NCBI GenBank assembly: GCA_964648855.1
Contig: CAZYLT010000002.1
Coordinates: 90,001 to 122,000 of the forward strand
Direction of reading: 5' to 3'
Length of the DNA: 32,000 nucleotides
Origin: an uncultured archaeon
Lineage (GTDB): Archaea; Asgardarchaeota; Thorarchaeia; Thorarchaeales; Thorarchaeaceae
The notes under the pieces were generated by a model. It made no database searches. It had not been told where the DNA came from and was given only the letters and a program-made list of their open reading frames with translations. The first letter of the stretch is position 1. The number at the start of each line of letters is the position of its first letter. Shown here piece by piece: positions 8,677 through 16,380 of this stretch. The position numbers were made by a program, and so were the translations under genes.

Positions 8677-9999
8677 TCATTCGAAGCGGAGGTGCTCATA
8701 GGCAGGAGTTTCGGTATCAAATGCATAGTGTACCTTCTGATATTCCTTCCTGAACTCGGAAACCTCTTCTGCCACCTTCTTGACATCCTCTTCTCTCATG
8801 ACTACACGATAAAGGAAATCTGCAATATCCTCCATTTCGCCCTCCTTCATTCCTAGGCGGGTTACTTCACTAGATCCAAGTCTTATTCCGCCGGGTTTAC
8901 GATAGTCACGACCCATCTTCTTGTCCCATGGTAGCAGGTTGCGATTGATGATTATATTTGCCTTTTCAAGTTCCTCTTCAACCTTTCTTCCATTCTTCAT
9001 GGGTGTATCAGCAACATCTACCAGAACAACATGTGACTCGGTGAAACCCTTGTGTTCTGCGACGACTTGGAAGCCCTTGTCGTATAGTGCCTGTGCAAGG
9101 ACCTTCGCATTCTTCAGAATCTGGTCGGTGAAGTCTTCTCCATACTCCATCATCTCTGCAAGAACCACTGCCAGGCCTGCAACATTATGCAGATGATGAT
9201 TACTCATGAGGCCTGGGAATGCCGCCCTCTTGATTTTATCCGCCCATTCTTCTTTTGCCAAAACCATTCCATGCTGGGGGCCTGGCAAGGTCTTGTGAGT
9301 TGAAGCAGTCACGATATCGGCGCCTTCCCTCAACGGATCTTGAAATCTTCCAGAAGCGATAAGGCCTGAAACATGTGCTGAGTCATATCCAATGGTCATA
9401 TCATATTCATCAGCGATTTCTCTGAACTCTTCAACTGGGTGTGGAAATGGAAAAACACTTGCACCAAAGAGTAGGAACTCGATCTTATTTCCATCCTCGA
9501 AGAGTCTTCTAATCTGTTTCTTGCTTGCGTCGACATCAATATTGAATTCCTCTTCGTCGAAGTCCCAGGTTCTTACCTTATGTCCACGAACTGCTCCTGC
9601 AGTACCACCCAAGCTTCTCCGCGCATGAGAAATATGTCCACCATGCGCGATTGCCAGTGCCATCATCCTATCTAATGGTTTCATAGATGCTGTGTACATC
9701 ATCAAATTAGCAACAACACCTGAGATTGGTCGGACGTCCACAAAGTCAGCTTTGTACAGCTTCTTTGCAAGGTCAATGCAAATCAATTCAACCTCGTCAA
9801 TATACTTGCATCCTGCATAGACACGTTCTCCCGGCCACCCCTCTGCGTAGCGGTCTCTAAAGTCGCAGACCGTTGCAGAACGTACGGCTGGGGATGATAC
9901 GTTCTCAGAAGCAATCAAGTTGATAGTGTTACTCATCCAATTATCGTGACGCTTTATTAGATCGAAAATACGATCATAGCGCTCTTTGTGCTCTGTCAC
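8677..9999 (-). CDS. glyA: serine hydroxymethyltransferase
   Basis: Motifs INLIASEN, YAEGWPGERVYAG, GGHISH, DSAH, STHKTLPGPQ (PLP Lys) and GIRLGSSEVTRLG. Confidence 0.96.
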   Translation of the reverse strand: MTEHKERYDRIFDLIKRHDNWMSNTINLIASENVSSPAVRSATVCDFRDRYAEGWPGERVYAGCKYIDEVELICIDLAKKLYKADFVDVRPISGVVANLMMYTASMKPLDRMMALAIAHGGHISHARRSLGGTAGAVRGHKVRTWDFDEEEFNIDVDASKKQIRRLFEDGNKIEFLLFGASVFPFPHPVEEFREIADEYDMTIGYDSAHVSGLIASGRFQDPLREGADIVTASTHKTLPGPQHGMVLAKEEWADKIKRAAFPGLMSNHHLHNVAGLAVVLAEMMEYGEDFTDQILKNAKVLAQALYDKGFQVVAEHKGFTESHVVLVDVADTPMKNGRKVEEELEKANIIINRNLLPWDKKMGRDYRKPGGIRLGSSEVTRLGMKEGEMEDIADFLYRVVMREEDVKKVAEEVSEFRKEYQKVHYAFDTETPAYEHLRFE

Positions 10000-10347
10000 T
10001 TTCTTATCTCCTCTTTCGAAATCTCAGTGGAACCTACACTAATATGCATGGCTCTCCTTTAAAATTGATTCAAACAGGACTCATTCAAAAACTTTTACTC
10101 CCATATCCCTGGACCACAAGATATCAGAAACCCGGCACTATTACTTTTTGGCCACAGCGTCTATAGTCGATTCTGAACTGATGACGAAACAATTGGGCAT
10201 TTATTACCCAAGTGGCGCGGCAGATCCACGCTCTTGTATCTGAATATTACTTTCTGTTGATGGCTAAATAGGGTGCTTCGTCATTCTCGGCTTATCAGAT
10301 TTCATAAAGACAACATGCCCTACTTGACAGATTTCCATATTGTAGAG

Positions 10348-10365
10348 TTAGAACACGTGTTCTAA
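10348..10365. promoter_or_regulatory. perfect 18-bp palindrome abutting the start codon, candidate operator
   Basis: TTAGAACACGTGTTCTAA; its last base is the A of the ATG at 10365. Confidence 0.45.
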
Positions 10366-10823
10366 TGAAAGATAATCCACGGTCCAAATCTAGGGTAATC
10401 GATTTATGCTTACAAGATCCTTCTATGCATATGCCGGATGAGAATCAGGTAGAAACTGTATGTGGCATTCTGATTGTCGAAAAGGAAACTCAAGAGGACG
10501 CGGTCAACTCTTCTAATGCAATGAAGGATTGTCCACGTTTAATTGCGGTGGGCACGGACCAGAATAGATACTATTGTGTTTTCATCGTACCAACAGATAA
10601 GACCTGGTGGCTTGAGATACCCGAGGCAAAGCCAGAGCTTCTTCGCGCTAAAACCGTCAAGATGTATATTACCGAACAGCTTGTCTATCCTGAGGAGTAT
10701 GAGTTGAGATTGCCCGCAGAGATATCAGAAATATCGCCCTGTGGATCCAATTGTTCAACATGTCCCATGATTGAAGAGAACGATTGTCCTGGTTGCCCAG
10801 CTACAATTCACTATAAAGCATGA
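10365..10823 (+). CDS. hypothetical protein with C-terminal Cys cluster (PCGSNCSTC...CPGCP), resembles the C-terminal part of archaeal Lrp/AsnC-type regulators without an HTH
   Basis: 152-aa ORF with a CxxxCxxC-x7-CxxC motif (metal or Fe-S binding). The Lrp-like assignment is from recall of family patterns only. Confidence 0.6.
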   Translation: MKDNPRSKSRVIDLCLQDPSMHMPDENQVETVCGILIVEKETQEDAVNSSNAMKDCPRLIAVGTDQNRYYCVFIVPTDKTWWLEIPEAKPELLRAKTVKMYITEQLVYPEEYELRLPAEISEISPCGSNCSTCPMIEENDCPGCPATIHYKA

Positions 10824-10937
10824 ATCTACGTAAGCAAAGCAACTCCAATATATATGAACTGAGAATCATAACATTGGTATGTTATCTACAAGGAGGATAA
10901 TGTCGTAGTCAATATTGTGGGAAGCTCAGATTATTCC

Positions 10938-10953
10938 GAAACCTCTATAACCT
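10938..10953 (+). promoter_or_regulatory. BRE/TATA-like promoter of the tRNA gene
   Basis: GAAACCTCTATAACCT lies about 30 nt upstream of tRNA position 1 (10980). Confidence 0.5.
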
Positions 10954-10979
10954 AAAGCCGCAAAGAACCGAACACTCGT

Positions 10980-11115
10980 GGGCCAGTGGCTCAGACAGGT
11001 AGAGCGACAGTACATTCAGAACTTCTCTGATGTGTTGATGCTCTTAACTTGTTGGTCGTGGGAAAACGATTCATTTCGAAGCGTTTCACGAATTCAAATC
11101 CCACCTGGCCCGCCA
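10980..11115 (+). tRNA. tRNA-Lys(CTT) with two introns (11011-11039 at 30/31; 11063-11092 at 53/54), CCA encoded
   Basis: Removing both introns gives a 77-nt cloverleaf: GGGCCAG TG GCTC AGACAGGTA GAGC G ACAGG CT CTT AA CTTGT TGGTC GTGGG TTCAAAT CCCAC CTGGCCC G CCA. Both junctions form bulge-helix-bulge-type motifs, and the discriminator is G73. Confidence 0.93.
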
Positions 11116-11244
11116 ATCTTGTTTCAAAGATGCATCATCCATTTCATCCCTTAATGGACTTCCACCTGATTCATGGTCCTACATGTTGAGAAGGTCTTTA
11201 TCTTCGACTCAATCGAATCTGCCCTGCAAAGACGATGACACCAA

Positions 11245-12030
11245 TTGTTGATTATCCTTAAAACAGGAATTGTACTATCTACACTGGTGTTGCTCTTGAA
11301 GATTCGGGCGTGGTTAAGAAAAGGATCACGGTACAGAAGCTTGTTTATGGGTCTATGCATAATTGTGCTTATTACAGTCCCAGTACTAGTCTTCTTCTGG
11401 TATACGGAGAGCTCAAACCTATCATGGGACATAGAAATTGGCGATGAGTTCACATATGAGGTATCATATCTATCGTTTGACAACGTGGACACCCATCAAT
11501 GGGAAACAAATCCTCTTGGCCATGAACACTGGCGTATACCTGACAATGTTACAATCCTTGTGAAGATCAGTTCTCTACCTGACATTCCAGTTTTCCTCAC
11601 GTCTGATAGCTTTGTGAATGAGATAGTCAAGTTTCAGAAGGTAGAAGTCATGCTCACAAACGGGTCGTCGCTTCCTGATAACACAGGAGTCGAGGTGACA
11701 GACTCGATATCCAGCCTGTTTCTGCCAATTGGTGGCTGGGGCCTATTGGATCTATTCTATCTCGACTCTGGACTATCAGAGCATAACCTCGTAGAGGGTC
11801 AGGAGTATCATTCAAAGATAATATCGTCAGATGTCTTTCTCTTTGAGTTCCTCCATTATGTGTCATTCGCTTCTCCAGGAAAAGCCCATCCCGGGGGGAC
11901 TGGCGGTGGATGGCGAGGGAACATCTCAATGTTGACTGGCGTGCCCGGTCAGATACTGGTCCTTAATGCTGCTCCTAATTATTTCGGGCAAATCCGCATC
12001 AATGCCATGAACCTGACCAGAGTAAACTGA
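11245..12030 (+). CDS. hypothetical membrane-anchored protein (two N-terminal TM segments plus extracellular domain)
   Basis: 261-aa ORF with hydrophobic N-terminal helices and several N-x-S/T sequons (NLS, NVT, NGS, NIS, NLT). No recognised catalytic motif. Confidence 0.65.
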   Translation: MLIILKTGIVLSTLVLLLKIRAWLRKGSRYRSLFMGLCIIVLITVPVLVFFWYTESSNLSWDIEIGDEFTYEVSYLSFDNVDTHQWETNPLGHEHWRIPDNVTILVKISSLPDIPVFLTSDSFVNEIVKFQKVEVMLTNGSSLPDNTGVEVTDSISSLFLPIGGWGLLDLFYLDSGLSEHNLVEGQEYHSKIISSDVFLFEFLHYVSFASPGKAHPGGTGGGWRGNISMLTGVPGQILVLNAAPNYFGQIRINAMNLTRVN

Positions 12031-12183
12031 CTTTGGTTGGAGTTTCACCATTTCCATGGCATTGTTCCTGATTTCATAAAGACTGAGGAATATAAGCAAA
12101 ATGCCTATCGTCCACGAATCAGACCCTGTTGCCGACCAATTGGGACTTAATCGGATTTCGAAGATTCACAACTTGTCTATTGG

Positions 12184-12372
12184 TTAGCATGCTTCCCCCA
12201 GAATCAACGGGATGATGAAACACACTCCTATATATGGCAAGGTCAAAATGACAATGAATATCACATAGAAGGGCAAAATCGAGAAGCCCCACCAGAATAC
12301 TGCCCGCACAACGGCATAAGAAACAATTATGACAACTTCCCGTTTTCTGTGTTTCTCAGTTGCATTGGTCAT
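12184..12372 (-). CDS. small hydrophobic ORF, possibly a remnant of a membrane protein gene
   Basis: 62 aa with two hydrophobic stretches. Another hydrophobic segment (SWTIGILLIFLSLY) continues downstream in a different frame. Confidence 0.3.
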   Translation of the reverse strand: MTNATEKHRKREVVIIVSYAVVRAVFWWGFSILPFYVIFIVILTLPYIGVCFIIPLILGEAC

Positions 12373-12421
12373 TCCCCAGAAGCCACCAAGAAATCAATAG
12401 ATAGACTCCACCTTCATTCTA

Positions 12422-13405
12422 TCAATTCGATATTATCTGGAGATGAGAAATCGTTTCTCTAGCCTCAGCCATTATTCTGTCCAGCAGTTCCTTGACAGAG
12501 GGAATATCCTTTATCAGACCTACTCCTTGTCCACAACTGACAACGCCGCGGTCGGTATCTCCATGCTTATACATCTCTTGTGCTTTATCGCCGGAAGCAG
12601 CTTGGATGAGTTTGAAGAGGGGGGCTCCTTGGGATTCTAGTTCAAGTACATGCTGTGCTGCCTTATTGTCCCATAATCTGTGTGTGTTTCCAACGGAACG
12701 TAGAGCCAGGCAGGTATCAGTTTCTGCAGCTTCAACGAAAGCCTGCTTGAGATTGTCATGAATGGGACATTCTTTTGTGGCCATCATCCGTGTACCCATG
12801 ATTACTCCATCAGCACCAAGTGCTAAGATGGCGGCAACCCCTCTACCGTCCGTTATTCCGCCTCCGGCAATGACGGGAACATCTACTGCATCAATCACCG
12901 AAGGGGTCATTACCATTGTTCCGATGTCCAGTTTTCCAGTAGCTCCACCATTCTCATAGCCAACCACCGTTATCAGGTCTGCACCTAAAGACTCCCCCTT
13001 TTTCGCGTATCTTACTCCAGCACACTTGTGAATCCAAATAGCTCCACCATCCCTGAATTTTGGAACCAAATCTTCCGGGGCTTTATGACCACTGGTTTCA
13101 ATAATCTTTACGCCCTCTGCCAACGTGGCATCCACATAGTCTTCCAGTTTGTCTTGGGGCATCAAAGCGGGGAATAAATTGATGTTTACTGCAAATGGTT
13201 GACCTGTTAGCGATTGTGTCTTCTTGATTGCATCTCGTAACTCATCGGGAGATTTGTAATTTGCACTGGCTAATACTGCACAGGCCCCAGCATTACTTGC
13301 TGCTGCAACAAATTCGGGATTAGAAATTCTTGCCATGGTCCCGGCGATGATTGGATATTTACATCCCAAGATCTCTGTAACTTTCGTCTTTATCATTTGT
13401 CTCAC
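12422..13405 (-). CDS. nitronate monooxygenase / FabK-like FMN-dependent oxidoreductase
   Basis: LGCKYPII, AASNAG, PFAVN, PVIAGGGITDGRG, LGADGVIMGTR and GQGVGLI. ENGGAT replaces the usual ExGGH. Confidence 0.88.
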   Translation of the reverse strand: MRQMIKTKVTEILGCKYPIIAGTMARISNPEFVAAASNAGACAVLASANYKSPDELRDAIKKTQSLTGQPFAVNINLFPALMPQDKLEDYVDATLAEGVKIIETSGHKAPEDLVPKFRDGGAIWIHKCAGVRYAKKGESLGADLITVVGYENGGATGKLDIGTMVMTPSVIDAVDVPVIAGGGITDGRGVAAILALGADGVIMGTRMMATKECPIHDNLKQAFVEAAETDTCLALRSVGNTHRLWDNKAAQHVLELESQGAPLFKLIQAASGDKAQEMYKHGDTDRGVVSCGQGVGLIKDIPSVKELLDRIMAEARETISHLQIISN

Positions 13406-13566
13406 ACACAGCTTTCATCAATTGATTGCTTGCTTATAGATAAATATCGTCATGGATAGACCATCCCAATTGTGTGAGAAGAAACAGTGCTAATCGATTG
13501 GGGATAGCCATGCATGGTCGTGATTTCTTGTTCCTGTAGGAATAGACCAATGCAATCGTGAAGTTT

Positions 13567-13908
13567 CTATTCCTTCTTTCTCGACTTGAACAGCTGGTAA
13601 ACTGCGGCTCCAGCCACAATCGCTCCCACACCAACTATTGCTCCCAGAACTCGAGGTGCATCCTCAACTAGGTGTTCTATCGGATGTGTCACAGGATTCT
13701 GTTTATCTCTGTGAATCTCCCAGTAATCTCCAAAGTCATAGGCATGTAGATTCATACAGGCACAGCGGTACTGAGCCAACATCCCCCATTTTGGCTCGCC
13801 TAGAATGGTTGGTCTAAAGCAAGAGGGCAATTCCGGTAAATCAGCTTTTGAGAACCTCTTGTTCAGATTATAAGGGGCATTCCTGAAAATCTCGTGGACA
13901 TCTACCAT
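13567..13908 (-). CDS. conserved-type archaeal hypothetical protein with C-terminal membrane anchor
   Basis: LGEP..G..AQYR, LHAYDFGDYWEIHRDKQNP...HLVEDAP, then a TM helix and basic tail. Start at 13908 or 13935. Confidence 0.7.
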   Translation of the reverse strand: MVDVHEIFRNAPYNLNKRFSKADLPELPSCFRPTILGEPKWGMLAQYRCACMNLHAYDFGDYWEIHRDKQNPVTHPIEHLVEDAPRVLGAIVGVGAIVAGAAVYQLFKSRKKE

Positions 13909-14080
13909 CCAATCACACACCATGAGATGCAGCATTCAGCTTGTTCATTTGAGATGCTGGAATGAACCCATATAATCCTCTGCATATTGAATACGTTTCT
14001 ATTAAGGCGACGAGCCCCACTAGGGACGCAAAACGATAGGCTCGTCATTATATACTGTTGTCTGAATGAAAACCAAAGAA

Positions 14081-14506
14081 CTACTCATTTTGGCACTCTG
14101 GGCAGATTCCCTCTATATTGAACGTACTGTTTTCCGGAAGAAAGTTTCTTTCTTCCGCGATTTGAGTAACTAGTGCCTTGATACCTTGCGACTCGTGGTC
14201 TATGATTTTTCCACATTTCTTGCAGACCAAGTGAACATGAAGATTGATAGTCGGGTCGTATCTTGTTCCCCCCTCGGTCGTTGCGAGTTCTTGAGCGAGG
14301 CCAATATCTGAAAAAAGTTGCAATGCCTTGTAGACGGTGGCTAAGCTGATTGAAGGATCCTGTTCTTGGGCGTACTCATAAATCTCCGCTACTGTGGGAT
14401 GGGACCCTGCATTCCATAAGGCCTCATAAATCAGGATTCTCTGATAGGTGGCCCGATAACCACTATCTCGAATTGTTTCTGCTATTTCTTCTCTATCTAT
14501 AGCCAT
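14081..14506 (-). CDS. perR: Fur-family transcriptional regulator, PerR-like
   Basis: RATYQR, HPT, ISLATVYKAL, RYD, HVHLVCKKCG, IID and CPEC, matching the PerR metal-ligand pattern. Divergent from a peroxiredoxin. Start at 14506 or 14533. Confidence 0.85.
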   Translation of the reverse strand: MAIDREEIAETIRDSGYRATYQRILIYEALWNAGSHPTVAEIYEYAQEQDPSISLATVYKALQLFSDIGLAQELATTEGGTRYDPTINLHVHLVCKKCGKIIDHESQGIKALVTQIAEERNFLPENSTFNIEGICPECQNE

Positions 14507-14568
14507 TGCATGTTCGAGATGGTGCCGAAACAAATAAACGTATTCGTTACGGAAAGTATTTTTCTGTA

Positions 14569-14604
14569 GATAATAAGACTTAAATAATATTAATTATTGA
14601 TAAC
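14569..14604. promoter_or_regulatory. TATA box plus Fur/Per-box-like AT-rich inverted repeat in the perR-prx divergon
   Basis: CTTAAATA (TATA-like) overlaps AATAAT-ATTA-ATTATT (14583-14598), with GATAAT/GATAAC hexamers on either side. Confidence 0.55.
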
Positions 14605-14713
14605 TCACAAGTTAACAGACTTGAAGAACCTACACATTGAGGGCATGAGAATTGGAGTGGGGGACCAAGTTTGTTGAGATTGAGATATATCCATTATCAA
14701 GGAGAATAGAATT

Positions 14714-15370
14714 ATGGAAGAAACACAAACCGTAGAGAAGAGAATGCTCTTGATTGGTGAGAAGGTTCCGGATTTTGAAACGGAAACGACACACGGTCCA
14801 ATCAAGTTCAGCGAATGGGCGAAAGACAGCTGGGTAATCTTGTTTTCACATCCTGCTGATTTCACTCCGGTCTGCACCACTGAATTCATGGCATTTCAAG
14901 ACATCTACCCAGAATTGAAGAAACGAAATGTGAAGCTAATTGGATTGAGCATTGACAGCCTTTACTCACACATATCATGGGTACGAACAATAAAGGAGAA
15001 GCTAGGCAAGGAAATTGAATTCCCAATCATTGAAGATCTTAGCATGAATGTAGCAAAGAAGTACGGGATGATTCATCCAGCACAGAATGCTACCGCTGCT
15101 GTTCGAGCAGTCTTTTTCATCGATCCTGACTTTAAGCTTAGGGGACTGATTTACTACCCACTTAGCAATGGGCGAAATATGCAGGAGTTCCTTAGGATTA
15201 TAGATGCGTTCCAGACCAGTGACAAGCATAAGGTGGCAACACCCGCAAATTGGCAGCCTGGAGATCCAGTCATTGTTCCACCACCCAAGACCCAAGAACA
15301 GGCAGAGAAACGCCTCAAAGAAGGCTATGACTGTGCTGATTGGTTCTTCTGCAAGAAGAATCTCGAGTAA
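14714..15370 (+). CDS. peroxiredoxin (Prx6 / archaeal TPx type)
   Basis: FSHPADFTPVCTTE with the peroxidatic Cys, AVRAVF, YPLSNGRN, ATPANW and C-terminal CADWFFC. AAGGAG SD. Confidence 0.95.
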   Translation: MEETQTVEKRMLLIGEKVPDFETETTHGPIKFSEWAKDSWVILFSHPADFTPVCTTEFMAFQDIYPELKKRNVKLIGLSIDSLYSHISWVRTIKEKLGKEIEFPIIEDLSMNVAKKYGMIHPAQNATAAVRAVFFIDPDFKLRGLIYYPLSNGRNMQEFLRIIDAFQTSDKHKVATPANWQPGDPVIVPPPKTQEQAEKRLKEGYDCADWFFCKKNLE

Positions 15371-15387
15371 TTATTTGAACACTAATG

Positions 15388-15429
15388 AGAGAGGAACGTG
15401 GGCTCTTTCCACGAACCTCTTTCTACTTT
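15388..15429 (+). terminator. hairpin with T-rich tail downstream of the peroxiredoxin
   Basis: AGAGAGG-AA-CGTGG...CCACG-AA-CCTCTTT followed by CTACTTT. Confidence 0.5.
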
Positions 15430-15559
15430 GTTTTAATTCAAATTTAATCTACAGGGCTACTTCGACAACTGCCTAAAGCAACATCGGCTCTCTCAACATA
15501 CTTATAGCCCTGCAATACTCCCATCAAAGACAATCTCTACTCATAGGAGGAATAAGAGC

Positions 15560-16366
15560 ATGGTATTCAATCCGCTTGGGCCTGATCTTCAGTTAGTCTG
15601 GGATATTATCGCTTTTTTCATCTCATTTTTCTTGGTACTAGTTGTTGTGCAAATAAACGGTGCCATTGAGAAGAGTGGGAAACTATCAGCAGATGTAACC
15701 AGAAAAGTCGTACACATCTTTGCAGCTCCCGTATTTTTGACATCGTGGATTCTGTTCTCGGGGGGAATATTCAGTCGTTGGATAGCAGCAATGGTTCCAT
15801 TGATGTTTGTTCTACTCTTTGTCGCTATTGGGACAGGGAAAATGGTCAATGAAGCATTTGTTGGCTCGATGTCACGTACTGGTGATCCTAGAGAGCTATT
15901 AGGTGGAACCCTGTATTATGCAGTTATGCTAGTAGTTGTTACTATCCTCTGGTTCTATGTTCCCACAACTGGAATCGGCAATGCAGTTCCCACGGCTTTC
16001 ATTATATTTGGATGTGTTGCCGGAGGGGATGGCCTTGCAGATGTAATAGGTCGGAAGTATGGAGGTACGCAGAAGTTTGGAATTGGCGGGGCTGAGCGTA
16101 CAGTGGTAGGCTCTATAGCAATGTTCGTTGGCTCATTCCTGTTTGGCTATGTCCTACTTGCCATATTCTCCATCGAAGTACCTACATTCGATATTGTTGT
16201 ATTATTGGTACCCATCTTGATACTGAGCTTGGTGGCTACAATAGTTGAAGCCCTTTCTCCGAAAGGGATCGATAACTGGACAGTTCCAATCTCAATTATT
16301 TTCGTGATAGTGCTATTCACCTATCTGGTTCCGAGTTGGTGGCCATTTCCGCTACTGACAATATGA
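15560..16366 (+). CDS. CTP-dependent polyprenol/phytol/dolichol kinase family membrane protein
   Basis: TRKVVHI, SMSRTGDPRELLGGTLYY, GGDGLADVIGRKYG, RTVVGS and EALSPKGIDNW. These are SEC59/VTE5-type motifs in a multi-TM protein. Confidence 0.88.
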   Translation: MVFNPLGPDLQLVWDIIAFFISFFLVLVVVQINGAIEKSGKLSADVTRKVVHIFAAPVFLTSWILFSGGIFSRWIAAMVPLMFVLLFVAIGTGKMVNEAFVGSMSRTGDPRELLGGTLYYAVMLVVVTILWFYVPTTGIGNAVPTAFIIFGCVAGGDGLADVIGRKYGGTQKFGIGGAERTVVGSIAMFVGSFLFGYVLLAIFSIEVPTFDIVVLLVPILILSLVATIVEALSPKGIDNWTVPISIIFVIVLFTYLVPSWWPFPLLTI

Positions 16367-16380
16367 ACGGGTGAGCGCCC

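Noticed and set aside
10178-10190. CTGATGA-C-GAAAC hammerhead ribozyme core words
   Set aside because: There is no stem II between the two words, and I found no compatible stems I/III with an NUH cleavage site.
14023-14033. GGGACGCAAA matches part of the c-di-GMP-I riboswitch
   Set aside because: The upstream GGCAAACC/GNRA hairpin and the downstream P3/P1 elements are missing.
11093-14080. Integrated element at the tRNA-Lys 3' end
   Set aside because: I saw no integrase, transposase or direct repeat of the tRNA 3' end in the window.
15388-15422. Hairpin after the peroxiredoxin as a possible SECIS element
   Set aside because: Prx uses TGC (Cys) at the active site and has no in-frame TGA. 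The hairpin lacks the AUGA/GA quartet and has a symmetric AA/AA loop.
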